Below, in pieces: positions 13,805-27,036 of a stretch of 64,000 nt of DNA. The translations under genes were made by a program, and so were the position numbers. The notes beneath the pieces were generated by a model. That model was not told where the DNA came from. It saw nothing but the letters and a program-made list of their open reading frames with translations, and did no database searches. Numbering within the stretch: position 1 is the stretch's first letter; each line of letters opens with the position of its first letter. Source of the stretch: Eledone cirrhosa (taxonomy: Eukaryota); NCBI GenBank assembly GCA_964016885.1, contig OZ024750.1, positions 11,594,001 through 11,658,000 of the forward strand, in the 5' to 3' direction.

Positions 13805-14945
13805 ATGATGATGATGACGACGATGATGGTGATGATGATGATGATGATGATGATGGTGATGATGGTGGTGATGATGATGATGATGATGACGGTGATGACG
13901 GTGATGATGATGATGACGATGATGATGGTGATGACGATGATGATGGTGATAATAATGATGATAATGATGGTGACGGTGATGGTGATGACGATGATGATGG
14001 TGATAATAATGATGATAATGATGATGATGACGATGATGATAAGGACGATGAAAACAATGATGATGATGATGACGGTGATGGTGATGACGATGATGACGGT
14101 GATGGTGATGACGGTGATGGTGATGACGATGGTGATGACGATGGTGATGGTGATGAGGGTGATGGTGATGACGATGGTGATGGTGATGACGATGGTGATG
14201 GTGATGGTGATGGTGATGGCGATGGCGATGGCGATGACGATGGTGATGGTGATGGTGATGGTGATGGTGATGAGGAGGATAATGGTCTTCTTGTCATTGC
14301 TACTGTTTGTGTTTCACTAAGTTTTGTGATTATATTTACTATGTACAATAAGTTACAGACGTGTGTGTGTGAGAGTGTGTGTGTATGTGTGTGTGTTTGT
14401 GAGAGAGTGTGTGCACGTGTGTGTGTGTGAGAGAGCGTGTGTGAGAGTGTGTATGTGTGCGTGTGAGTGTGTATGTATGTATGTGTGTTTGTGAGAGAGT
14501 GCGTGCACGTGTGTATGTGTGAGTGTGTGTGTATGTTTGCGTGTATGAGAGAGTGTGTGAGTGTGTATGTATGTTTTGAGAGAGTGCGTGCACGTGTGTG
14601 TGTGTGTGTGTGTGAGAGAGAATGCATGCATGCGTGTGTGTGTGTGTGTGTGTGTGTGTGAGTGTGTGTATGTATGTATGAGAGTGTGTGTGTGTATATG
14701 AGTGTGTATGTGTGAGAGTGTGTGTGTATATGAGTGTGTATGTGTGAGAGTGTGTGTATGTATGTATGAGAGAGTGTGTGTGTGTGTGAGAGAGAATGCA
14801 TGCATGTGTGTGTGAGTGTGTGTATGTGTGTGTGTATGTATGTATGAGAGAGTGTGTGTGTATATGAGTGTATGTGTGAGTGTGTGTATGTATGTATGAG
14901 AGAGAGTGTGTGTGTGTGTGCACGTGTGTGTGTGTGTGTGTGTCC
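13805..14945. repeat. (GAT/GAC/GGT)n tract followed by a compound (GT/GA)n tract
   Basis: Directly visible. Confidence 0.95.
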
Positions 14946-15338
14946 AGACACAAGCTGCCATCTATATTTCTACACATTTCTACATGTTCTATCAGTTCTT
15001 AGTAGCTAAGATAAGGTTCCATTTGTTTATTCAAAAGCTCAACTTCTCCAAGAACTCTATTTAGCTATAAATCTTAGATATCTCCCCCCCCCCCCCCCCT
15101 ACTGCCAGCTCCTAAAACATCCACCCTTTCTAAACAAAATCAATAGAAGAAATATAAATAAATAAATAAAATAAAAGATTTCATCAAGAACTGTGTTTCC
15201 TTTTCCCAACCACCTTGTTCCAAAGACTTCTAGAATTTCACCATTTTGATAAGACATCTTTGGTTCTTGAAATTTGGTCACTTGGTCACTGTGTATCTGT
15301 ATATTTGTTTTGTGTCTTTCCGTCAATCCCTTTCTTTC

Positions 15339-15386
<48 letters not shown>

Positions 15387-15392
15387 GTTATC

Positions 15393-15434
<42 letters not shown>

Positions 15435-16049
15435 CTCCCGCTATCCCTTTCTCTCTCTTTCACACATCCTCTCTATCCCTTTCTCTCACCCTCTCTATCC
15501 CTCTCTCTCTCTCATTCTCTATCCCTTTCTCACTCTCTATTCCCTCTCTCTGTCTCTCTTTCTCACCTCTCTCTCTGTCTCTCACCTCTCTCTCTGTCTC
15601 TCTTCTCTCTATTCCCCATCTCTCTCACCATTCTTCCTCTAAATTTAATTCCATCTGATCAGTTGTTAACCTTTTTACCCTAAACTATATTTGTGTATGT
15701 ATACATATATATATACACACACACATACATACACACCTAAACACACACACACACACACACACATACACACACATATATATATATATACACATACACACAT
15801 AAACACACACTTCACCCCTAATCTAATCTTTCACTATATGAGCCAGGGGGAGAGAGCCTTTATGTAGTTAAAGTCATAGCCAGTGTCAGTGGCAATTAAA
15901 TGTTTTTAAATAAGGTTTTTAACACAACACAACACTGTTTTTTTAATTGACAATATTGTGTTAAACACACACATACAATCTCACACATACATACATATAT
16001 CATTATCACCACCATCATCATTTTACATCTGCATATATTAGAGTTGACA

Positions 16050-16245
16050 TTGCACTCAGTGCTCCTTTGGGAGCCCCTACATGGACACACTAGAAGAGGA
16101 AGACCAAGGTTAACGTATGTTGATGCCCTAAGGACAGACACTGGTCTGTTGGAGACGCAGGACATGGCAGCGATAATGAGGGACAGAGACCGCTGGAGAG
16201 AACTCGTCCATGGATCTCGGGAATTTTACCCGCCTTAGATGTAGA
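16050..16245 (+). mobile_element. RTE/RTEX-type LINE 3' fragment
   Basis: VLLWEPLHGHTRRGRPRLTYVDALRTDTGL...MRDRDRWRELV is the typical RTE-superfamily C-terminus. Confidence 0.75.
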
Positions 16246-16519
16246 TATATTAGGCATCGGCACAGTTTCCATCTACCAAATTGCATTCATATGGTATTAA
16301 GCAACCTGCAGCACACTGAGATCATTCTGGTGATCATTGCCCTGAATATGGTAATAAGATATGTATCTTACCTTAAAGACAAGTAAGGGTTAACACCAAG
16401 AAAGGCATTTGGCTATAGAGTACTGCTTCAAAAATGTCTTGTCTCACCCATTCTAACAAGGAAAAACAGATGTAAAAATAATGATCTGGATGGTGATAAA
16501 ACCACAACTAGTCTTCATT

Positions 16520-16855
16520 ATTGGCAGTATCGGTAGAGGTTTGGACGCCATGTTTTCTAGCATAGTTACGTCCCTTTACGGTCTGAGTTCAAATCCCACC
16601 AAAGTTAACTTTGCCTTTCATCCTTACGGGGTCGGTAAAATATAGTACCAGTAATGCACTGGGGTAATTGCTGGCCTTGTGCCAAAAGTAGAAACACCTA
16701 TTAAGGAGTCGGTAAAATAAAGTACCAGTAATGCACTGGGGTAATTGCTGGCCTTGTGGTAAAAGCAGAAACAATTATTACGGGATTGATAAAATAAAGT
16801 ACCAGTAATGCTCTGGGGTAATTGCTGGCCTTGTGCCAAAAGTAGAAACAATTAT
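16520..16855 (+). mobile_element. SINE family A with triplicated 3' ~75 bp
   Basis: The segment ...taaaataaagtaccagtaatgcactggggtaattgctggccttgtg...agaaaca occurs three times in tandem. Confidence 0.85.
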
Positions 16856-17134
16856 TTTATTTTTTTCAGACAAGCAATATAAACCTTCCCTGACAACTCT
16901 AATGTTCAAGGTTAATATCAGACATTAATAAGTACAATATTATTTAGTAGAAGATAGATATAAACACTAGGTTTCTACCGTAGTGAATAAACTGGTTGGT
17001 TTATTTGTCATTGAAAGAAAGACATATACACTCCTGTTTCTCTTGTTATATGCAACCTACTGTCTGGTTTTACATAGTACATACACACTATTACATCACA
17101 TATAACCCTCGTACACTAACAAAATGTCAAGTAA

Positions 17135-17850
17135 ATTGTACCTCTAATACACATTAACACACTTTCTGTACCTCTACTACACACTAACATAGTTATGTTG
17201 TAGGTTTGTACCTCTACTACACAGTAACATTCAATCATGTCACAGGTTTGTACCTCTACTACACACTAACATCTGGTCATAATGTCGTGGGTTTGTACCT
17301 CTCCTATACACTAACATGCAATCATATTGTCATAATGTTATGGGTTTGTACCTCTCCTATACACTAACATCTGGTCATAATGTCGTGGGTTTGTACCTCT
17401 CCTATACACTAACATCTGGTCATAATGTCGTGGGTTTGTACCTCTCCTATACACTAACATCTGGTCATAATGTCGTGGGTTTGTACCTCTACTATACACT
17501 AACATCTGGTCATAATGTCACATGTTTGTACCTCTACTATACACTAACATGGTCATAATGTCACATGTTTGTACCTCTACTATACACTAACATCTGGTCA
17601 TAATGTCACATGTTTGTACCTCTACTATACACTAACATCTGGTCATAATGTCACATGTTTGTACCTCTACTATACACTAACATATGGTTACAATGTCATG
17701 GGGTGTACCTTTAGTACACACTAACATGCAATCATATTGTCTGAGGTTTGTACCTCTACCATACACTAAGGTTAGTACCTCTACTATACACTAATATACA
17801 ATCATAATGTCGTGGGTTTGTACCTCTACTACACATTAACATATGGTCAT
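17135..17850. repeat. 45-bp minisatellite
   Basis: Unit gtttgtacctctcctatacactaacatctggtcataatgtcgtgg with degenerate flanking units. Confidence 0.9.
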
Positions 17851-18934
17851 AATTGTTTCTACTTTTGGCACAAGGCCAGCAATTATCTCAGTGCATTAAG
17901 GCAAAATTAACCTTGGCGGGATTTGAACTCAGACTGAAACGGCCGTAACTCTGTCATTAACATATAGTCATAATGTTGCGGGTTTGTACCTCTGCAACAC
18001 ATTAACATAAAAAGTGGCATTGGCATCAAGAATTCTGCCTCAAAATAAAGAACATGTCTTGTCCAACCCTTGCCAACATGATGATGATGATGATGATGAT
18101 GGTGTTGGCGTTGGTGGTGGTTCACTTACCATTTCTATCCAAGATAACATTATATCAACCACCTAGTTTGTTCTAATCTGCAGCCCACATGAAGGGATAA
18201 AACAACTTCCACATCCTACATAAGGAGACAGAACAGCTTGAAATTGTCACAAGAAGTCAGAATATTCTATCTGCCACTAGAAAGGAATGGTCATCAGTAG
18301 AAATATTCTATTTCTACCATTTTTGTTTTTTTTTACTTTATATTAGTATTTTTATTCTACTATCTGCTTCAAACCTATGTGTAGTTCTTAACCTTTCATG
18401 CAAACAAGGGTTTTTTTCTTTGCTTCAGTTTCTGACAAATCGTTGGTTGTTCTGAAGTAAGTTAGTATGAACGTGTGTGTGAGTGTCTGTGTGTGAGTGT
18501 GTGAGTGTGTGTGTTGGAGGCATGAGTAAGAGATTGGAGGGGGAGTGTTGTAATCAGCCAAGCTGATAACCCTTTGATTTATCAGCTTCAGTAGCTTCAA
18601 GGCAAACACTGGCTGGAATCTTTGTTTTCAGGTTAGCTAAGAAAACCCTTCTGCACACACACACACACACACATATACATACACGCATGCACACACACAC
18701 ATGCATATACACACACGCGCGAATACATACACACACACACGCACACTACAAGACCTTATTCTTGGAAATAAGAGCATAAGTAGAAATGTGTACTAGAAAT
18801 GTGTACTAGAAATGTGTACTAGGTCTTTATATCATTTGGTGTTCCTTATCTTTAGATATGTGGTGGGAGGTATTGGTGGTGGGTTGGGTGGTGGTTTTAA
18901 TATATCATGTCCCTATTGTGTGTGTATATGCATG

Positions 18935-18965
<31 letters not shown>

Positions 18966-19196
18966 GTGTGTGTGTGTGTCTTGTTACAAATCATTTATCA
19001 GTAAAAACTTCTTTTCCTGTTTCTTCTTCCCCAAGGAAGAGAATATATAAGTCAAAGGTCCCCCAAAATATCAGATTGTGTTTCCTAAGGAGTTAGGATA
19101 GTAAAGTGTAAATTCAAACAGGTTGTTTCAAGTTCAAGAATCGGGTATTTAAATCAGTTTTAAGCATTATCTTTTAGTACATGCTGTTGTTCATGT

Positions 19197-19530
19197 GGAG
19201 GTACATGGGTTAGTGGTTAGAGGGATTAGTGTTGGGCTTGCAATTGTGAGGTTGTTAGTTCGATTCTCAGACCAGATGATGTGTTGTGTCCTTGAGCAAG
19301 ACACTTTATTTCACGTTATTCTAGTTCACTCAGCTGTAGAAATGAGTTGCGACATCACTGGTGTCAAGCTGTATTAGCCATTGCCTTTCCCTTGGGCAAT
19401 ATTGGTGGCATGGAGAGTGGAGACTGGTATGTATGGATGACTGCTGGTATTCCACAAACAACGTTGCCTCACTTGTGCCTTGGAAAAAGGAACTTTCTAG
19501 GTGCAAAACCATCTTAATTCATGACCAACG
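19197..19530 (+). mobile_element. Older SINE sharing the family-B head but with a different body
   Basis: Head and CORE-like region match family B. The body matches ~4625-4930 (-). Confidence 0.65.
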
Positions 19531-19793
19531 GGGACCTACGGTGTGGTTTAGTCCCTAGTCATCCTTAAATATGGTAAATAGATGTAGTAAATACTACTGT
19601 AATGATGTAGAAAAAAATTATTTAAATACAGATTTGTTAATTGAAATGTTTAAAGTATCTTTCTTTACTAGTGGACAGATCATTGTGAAAATTTGTATTA
19701 AAGTAAAGATTCTATTCCATGTTTAACCCTTTAGCATTTACCTTACTCTATGCTCTGTATCGTATTTTCACAGTAAACACTTTATCTCACATA

Positions 19794-20237
19794 TACAGTT
19801 CCAACATCTGGTAACTGACTTGGTAAACACCCACAAAATTATTAACCATCTTGCCAACAACAACCCTGAGTACCTTTTTGATTTCCATATGTCTAATACA
19901 CATGGGCATGCCAACAAAGTCAGAAGACAGCACAGCTCCCATGACTTTTGGAAACATTTTTTCACGCTCAGAGTTGCTGAAGCATGGAACAAACTACCTG
20001 CATCAGTTGTTAGCTATCGAGACACTGCATCCTTTAAAACCTCCATGCTTCCTGAGATTCGCCAACACTACCCCTAATATTCCCCCTCCATACACATGCG
20101 CGCATGTATATCATGACTCATACACTATTCACTTCCCTGACATTTGTATATTCTATGTACTATACATGCACCTTTGATGAGTTGTAGTGCACCTGAGCAC
20201 TGTACACAATAATTTCATTATTATTATCATTATTATT
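19794..20237 (+). mobile_element. CR1-clade LINE 3' fragment
   Basis: Translation HGHANKVRRQHSSHDFWKHFFTLRVAEAWNKLPASVV..DTASFK is the CR1-type ORF2 C-terminus. Followed by a 3'UTR and (TTA)n tail. Confidence 0.8.
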
Positions 20238-20238
20238 G

Positions 20239-20422
20239 CGGTGGATTGGCAGTATCGGTAGAGGGTCGGACGCCATGCTTTCCAGCATAGTTACGTCCCT
20301 TTACGATCTGAGTTCAAATCCCGCCGAGGTTGACTTTGCCTTTCATCCTTACGGGGTCGATAAAATAAAGTACCAGTAATGCACTGAGTAATTGCTGGCC
20401 TTGTGCCTAAAGTAGAAACAAT
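20239..20422 (+). mobile_element. SINE family A inserted in the CR1 (TTA)n tail
   Basis: Family A sequence flanked by (TTA)-rich tracts on both sides. Confidence 0.85.
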
Positions 20423-20996
20423 TATTATCATTATTATTATATATCTCGCATAATATTGAATCGTCGAGATTTTGACATCATTTATTTTGAGAAGAATTCC
20501 CTAACATAAATATGAGCAGCTGGTTACAGCCGGTTTGAATAGAAAGAGGTGAGGGATGGTCGGAATCGGCCGGTTTAAATGCTCAAAGGTTAAGTCATGT
20601 AGTCATTGTGCTGTTTTGTGCTTTTTCAAAAATGTCTTTCTAACATGATTTCATGTAGTAGAGGATATTAAGAGTTAAATACAAGAATTTATGTTTAACA
20701 TTAGTTAACTGATGGGAACTGGTATTTGTAATACTAGTTGCCTTACTGACTCATGGGTTAGTGTGGTGTGTATTATTTCTCAACATAGTAAACAGCTGAA
20801 TTCTTTTCCGATTTACATGCGTATAATCATGAACTTGCGTGAGCATGCATGCATGCATGTGTGTGTGTATGCAAATGTGTGTGCGTATATACATATATAT
20901 ATATATACGCGCGCGCGCGCACACACAAACACATATATATACATATATACAGATAGTGAGATTAAACCAGTGCCTGACTACTAAGACCATCATTCA

Positions 20997-21043
<47 letters not shown>

Positions 21044-21145
21044 AATGAATAAACATATACATACATACAAACATGAAAACAGCTGTTAATTGATGATGAT
21101 GATAATGTATATATTTATGTGTTTGTAAATATTTGTTGTGTATGC

Positions 21146-21183
<38 letters not shown>

Positions 21184-23119
21184 ACGTGTGTGTACGTGTG
21201 TGTATGTGTGTGTAGCAGTGAAGTCTTCTGACTAAAAAGGAAGTTATCTTCATGACATAAAGAAATTATTCTAGATTTTTCTCTATTATTTCATCCAGTA
21301 AAAACCAAACTTTATAATTATGATATTTTTATATACAAAGATTGCAATGCCTATTTCAGAGATACAGTCCAAACATCGCAGTAAACTACAAGTTGTATCT
21401 ACTGGTTTACAGCTTGGACAGAATTTGACATGTTGTTTATGTCAGACATAAACAAACATCACCATATGCAGAGACAGACAGCCACACACACACACACATA
21501 TCTGCATACACACGCACACACACACACACACTTAGCCCAAGTCTATTGTAGATGACATTTGTCCATGGAACTATGGAACCCCAAATCACTTGGTTCTGGA
21601 ACCAATATCTTAACCATATTACCATTACTGTATTTCTATCTAAATTAAAATATTCCATCATGCAAGAATTTCTTGTTATGAGAATTTCTAAATACTGATT
21701 TGATAATAAAACAGTTATTTTATTAAATCATTGATTATTTTATTAAATTCTTGAGGTTCAACAAACGCCATAATGTATACATAGCTGATCTCTTGGATGT
21801 TTGCGAAGTGCTGAGGAGATAAAATTAATATAAAGAATGGTGTGTTTCTTCACAGAGATTCTATAAAATAGCTTAGAAAATAGAGTGAAGACTCTTAAAG
21901 ATAGAAAAGAAATTACCTTCAGCTGCTATGATTCTTGAATATTTTCTAAACTAATTAGTTCTCTGATTAGCTTGTTTATTTACGTGAAGCTGAAGCAGTG
22001 TAATTCATACAGGTGGTGAATTGACAAAGTCATTAGAACATCAAACAGAGTACTTTGAATATTTGTTTCAACTCTCTGAACTCTGAGTTCAAATCCTGTC
22101 ATCATCAACTTTTCCTTTCAACCTTTTGGGGCCAATAAATAAATAAAGCACCAGTCCAAGGCCAAGCATTAACAGAGTTATTAGAGTAATTGTAGCATAT
22201 TTGTGGCTCTATATGTTCATGAAGGTGTGCGGTTTAGTAGTTAGGGAATTGGATTCACAATGGTGAGATTACAAGATCCGTTCCTGGACCAGGTGATGTG
22301 ATATGTCCTTGAGCAAAACACTTTATTTAATAATACTCCTTCTGCAAGGAATTGCAAATGGTAGATAGTAGCAGCAATGGAAACATTGTTTCTTTGGTCT
22401 GATTTGACGAGTTCCACCCAAATCAATAAGCAAATGAAGTCTAGGATCTTGTCAATCAATCAAATAATCAATATGTTATAGATTTAAATTCTATCTAGGG
22501 ATTCAATTCTCACAGATGGCCAGGGCTAATCACCCAACCATGGATCCCTAATTGATTATGAAAGTTGTAATATTTGCAGAAGGATTGCGACTGACTTTTA
22601 CATACTTCTACATAGTTGATCTATGATGATGATGATATGTTTCTTTAGAAATGTGACCATCTAAGAGTTAGATAGAACTTTCTAGAGATCACATTGAAGA
22701 TATTTAATCAATAGCAGCTGGGAATTCTCTCTTCAGATCTCTCTCAGCAATATTCAGCATGCTAGTAATACTAATTCTCAAACCCCACCAAATACTGCAA
22801 TATTCCTTACTATCATTGAGTTGAGATAGTCATCTTCTAGTTTACATGTGTTGCTTCTAGATAACCTTCTTCACTCCATGAAAGAGTTGATTATCATGAT
22901 AGAGATAGTGTGGGATGGTAGGGTTGAATAAGTTGGCACCAATGAGAACTAAGTCTATTTGTTTATTCGTTGTTAAACCTCAAATCAGTTCTTATCAAGC
23001 AAACCTACTGATTAAATACATTCCTGCAATGACCATCCCGTCTTTTCTATATTTGTTATTTTTGTTTGTTTGTTTCTGGCTATTAGTATATCTATGGTAA
23101 TGTGTCTATCCTCTTTTAA

Positions 23120-23340
23120 CCCTTTAGCTTTTACATTACTCTATATATACTATTGTATTTTCACGGTAAAGGCTTTACCTTGCATAATTATTTCATATAA
23201 TATTGAATCTATGAGATTTGGATTTTATTTATTTTGAGAACAATACCTTAATGTAGGTATTAGCGGCTGATTACAGCTGATTTGAACAGAAAAAGGAGAT
23301 AGAATTCTGGCTGGATATGGCCGGTTTAGATGCTAAAGGT
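23120..23340 (+). mobile_element. 221-bp TTAA-flanked MITE (piggyBac-type)
   Basis: TTAA|ccctttagc...tgctaaaggt|TTAA, with homologous copies elsewhere in the window. Confidence 0.75.
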
Positions 23341-23858
23341 TTAAAATGATCAGGTGGTATTTAAGAGAGAGATTTGCCTGCTATTTCTAGCAGGTTAAGT
23401 GAGTGTATAGAGGCCCCTTCATTAGGAAAAATACACCCAGTCCACCCTGTTAAGTGGTCATTTCAGTGCCACAATAAAAAGCACCCAGTCCACACTGTAA
23501 TGTGATTGGCGTTAGGAAGGGCATTCAGCTATAGAAACCAAGCCCAAAATACAGAACCATATGAACTAGGCATGGACTTTGGACCTGAATTATCTCATAA
23601 TGTGACAACCTGTCTCCCCTATGAGAAATGAGCTGAAATTAACGCATGCAAGATTTCACAGCTCTATCATCACTCCTTCATAGTGAGCCTATGAACTTTT
23701 CAGTCGACCCTCGTAAGTAAAGTGCATACCCCTCACACACATATACACAATACACAACCGTGTGTGTATATGTATGTATGTATGCATGTATGTGTGTATA
23801 TATGTATGTGTGTGTGTGTGATCATATGGAAACAATTTAACTATAAGTACAATATATT

Positions 23859-24484
23859 ATACGATGGTTGCTAAGCACTGTACAGCTTAATTCGGGATGT
23901 TTGTTTACAAACAAACCGGGCATTATAATAAATGTTCAGTAAATCCATACGTACATATATATATGTGTGCATGTATGTATATATATATATACATACTACT
24001 GTGCGTCTGTATTCATATATGTATGTATGTATGTACGTATACATACTTATATTTAAGTAACAGCCGTACTAAGAGTGAAAAATGAAATTTCGTTTCATTT
24101 TTTCCATTTATCGTTTTCGGTGCGCCCGGCCAATTAACTCACTCGATATGCAAATTAGGCTGCTCAGCCGTTAATATGCATATGGAAAGTATATACTTTC
24201 AGACGTTCAATCATCTGGCAGGAAGGTATACGGTGCTGACGATAGCTAATAAGCTTGAAACTAGTACATCGTTCCTTTGTCAGTGTTGAACAAAAGGGCA
24301 ACGATGGTTGCTAAACACTGTACGGCTTAATTCGGGATGTTTGTTTATATACAAACCGAGCATTATAATAAATGTTCGGTAAATCCATACGTACATATAT
24401 ATATGTGTGCATGTATGTATATATATACATACTACTGTGCGTCTGTATACATATATGTATGTATGTACGTATACATACTTATAT
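23859..24484 (+). mobile_element. Non-coding retroelement with hammerhead ribozyme, terminal direct repeats and 11-bp TSD (retrozyme/Penelope-like)
   Basis: tacaatatatt flanks both sides (23848-23858 and 24485-24495). Direct repeats at 23861-24052 and 24301-24484 (period 440). Hammerhead at 24231-24271. Confidence 0.75.
24231..24271 (+). ncRNA. Minimal type-I hammerhead ribozyme
   Basis: cggtg CTGACGA t-agct-aata-agct-t GAAA CTAG TA catcg. Stem I is cggtg/catcg, stem II is agct/agct, stem III is the palindromic ACTAGT, and the GUA cleavage triplet is at 24264-24266. Confidence 0.75.
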
Positions 24485-24816
24485 TACAATATATTCTTCT
24501 AATTAAAATCTTAGTAATTAAAGTTTTCTTTGTTTCAACATTCCAAGTTACTATAATTAGATGGAAATAATAGAATCTACATTATGTTGTAATATTGTTT
24601 TGTTTTTTTTGTTTTTTGTCATTTATTGTTTTTGTTCTTATTTATTTATTAATTTATTTATTTATTCATCAGATCAAATTTCTACAACTTATATGTTACC
24701 AAGACTAAAAACAAAAATTCAGTCTGTGTTGTTTTAGCTTTTAATGCTAAGATTTTCTTCTTTTAATTTAGGTTGTTGTTGTTATTATTATTATTATTAT
24801 TACTATTATAAGGGCG

Positions 24817-25032
24817 TTGGATTGGCAGTATCGGAAGAGGGTCGGACACCATGCTTTGCAGCAGAGTTACGCCCCTTTGCAGTCTGAGTTCAAATCCCGC
24901 CGAGGTTAACTTTGCCTTTCATCCTTACGGGATCGATGAAATAAGCCACCAGTAATGTACTGGGGTCGATTTAATCGACTTTCCCCTCCCCTTTAAAAAA
25001 TTGCTGGCTTTGTGCCTAAAGTAGAAACAATT
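24817..25032 (+). mobile_element. SINE family A (long variant)
   Basis: Family A sequence within (TTA)n. Further copies at ~28742-28925, 30080-30290, 33355-33475 and 62845-62997 (+). Confidence 0.85.
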
Positions 25033-25354
25033 ATTATTATTATTTTTATTATTATTATAGGCTTAAGTAACTTAATATTTTATCTTTAATGTTGTTCCTT
25101 CTGTTTGTGTGTGGGCTGCTATTTTAAAGCCACTTTGCAACTTATAGAAATAAGCATCAATTGATGTCATTTTATCCTTTCAAAAATTTGATAAAATTGG
25201 AAATTTGAGAAAGTAGGTAAAGTTGTAAATGGAAAGCTGCATGTTTTTTCCAAACATATATTAACTAATTGGATAGTTTTTATTTTGTCATTTTGGCTGG
25301 ACATAAAATGTTATAGTCTTCTCATGGATGATCGCAAATACAAGGGGTTCCTCC

Positions 25355-25725
25355 AAAAGGTCTTTGGAGTAACATTACTCAGAGTGTGTAGCTTGGAGAT
25401 CAGAGAGTCACTCCATGTATCAGCTGCTGCTTCTCCGAATTGAGAGATTACAGCTCCGATACTATGGGCATGTGGTTAGAATGTCTGTCAGGAAAGAATT
25501 GCCGGATAGATTTTACAGGCAAAACCAACCAGCAGGAGACCCAGGGGTAGACTCTGAGCAAGATGTTTGAATAACATCCATGAGCTCTGCTGGTCTCACT
25601 TGGGGATCCAGCTGGATCAGTTGGAGGCAGTTGTTTCTGACAGGACCCAGGACCCACTGGATGGAGTGTTTGAGGACTCTGTCCCAACGATCCTCTCAGG
25701 AATACGTGGGAGAAGAAGAAGAAAG
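25355..25725 (+). mobile_element. Degenerate RTE-type LINE 3' fragment with (GAA)n tail
   Basis: Homologous to 38750-39030 in the opposite orientation. Frameshifted RTE-like C-terminal coding remnants. Confidence 0.55.
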
Positions 25726-26815
25726 AGAAGATAAATATCATATATTTTTAGAAAATTGGGAAATTGTGATGTTCATGCCTTTCCAAAGGACATTAGCAGT
25801 ATAAAGTAAGTGAATTTAGATACAATTGGGGTTTAAAAGCAAATGTTGAATATTACTTGCTGGACCATAAACATACTGATGGCTAATCCAGTTTTTAGTT
25901 TTCAAGTATCATATTTCTGAGGAAATGTTTTATTTACTGTATATAATATAGCCTATCACATGTTTGTTTACTTCTATATAAGAATATATATTTAACCTTG
26001 CTTGAAAAATAAACTGGGATCTATAACCTTGTGGTGAATTAGCAGAGGCGTTACAACATAGAAGAAAATGACTTGCAGTATTATTTCTGGCTCTTTATGT
26101 TCCGAGTTCAAATCCTGCTGAAGGTAGATTTTATTTTGCATCCTTCCAGGGATATTGGTTAGCATCATCATCATCATCATACGTCCACTTTTCCCTGCTT
26201 GCAAGTGTGGGGCATGTCCTGTTCAGCACAGCATCTCTCCATTTGTCACAGTCTTTTGTCATCTCGAGCTTCAGTGATCTGAGGTCAGCTCTCACCACCT
26301 CCGTCCATGTTTTTTGTGGTCTTCCTCTACTGTGTCTTTCTTCTACAGTATTATGATAATGGTAGACAAGTTCATCATCATCACTACATCCATTTTTCCT
26401 CGCTTCCTTGAGTTGGACAAGTTACTTTGTAATATTTGTTCCAGCTCCTTATATTCTGAATTCAAATACCATAGCATTCTACTCATGTAGATGACTTAAT
26501 CTGTTGCAAGTTTAACACCACCACTTAGTCTTTGGGTGACTTTTTGGCAGAGTTCACTCTGTTACAAGTATTAAGGTCAGGTCTCTGTTTTGAAGATTCC
26601 TTTCTCCCACAGAAACTGTTTGGAAGCCTGTTGGATAGACTTTACCTGAAATTCAAAGTGTTGGTCTAGTTAAACACTGTGTCATGCTGAATCTCCTTGA
26701 GATTTATGTGTCTACGGAATACTCAGCCACTTACACATTAATTTAATGAGTAGGCTATCCATTGACTGAAGAATTGGAACACTCATATATAGTTCCATTT
26801 CTCATTTTCTTTTAA

Positions 26816-27036
26816 CCCTTTAGTATTTAAACCAGCCATATCCAGCCAGAATTCTCTCATCTCTTTTTGTTCAAACTGGCCGTAATTGGCCACACATACT
26901 TATGTTAAGGTATTGTTCTCAAAATAAATAATATCAAAATCTCATAGATTCAATATTATGCGAGATAATAATGTGAGGTAAAACCTTTACCATGAAAATA
27001 AAATAGTAAATATAGAGTAATGTAAATGCTAAAGGG
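26816..27036 (-). mobile_element. 221-bp TTAA-flanked MITE (piggyBac-type), reverse copy
   Basis: TTAA|ccctttagtattta...taaatgctaaaggg|TTAA. Reverse-complement homologue of 23120-23340. Confidence 0.8.

Larger units (their letters stand above)
19727..20589 (+). mobile_element. Same TTAA MITE, split by a CR1 fragment and a SINE
   Basis: Left part at 19727-19793 and right part at ~20441-20589. TTAA at 19723-19726 and 20590-20593. Confidence 0.7.

Noticed and set aside
13681-14977. Asp/Gly-rich 249-aa ORF resembling an acidic biomineral protein, and overlapping His/Thr ORFs
   Set aside because: Trinucleotide and dinucleotide repeats are open in many frames, the ORF start lies in a SINE, and there is no signal peptide or splice support.
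24148-24155. Octamer motif ATGCAAAT suggesting an snRNA-type promoter
   Set aside because: A single 8-mer within a hairpin arm, with no recognisable PSE or snRNA downstream.
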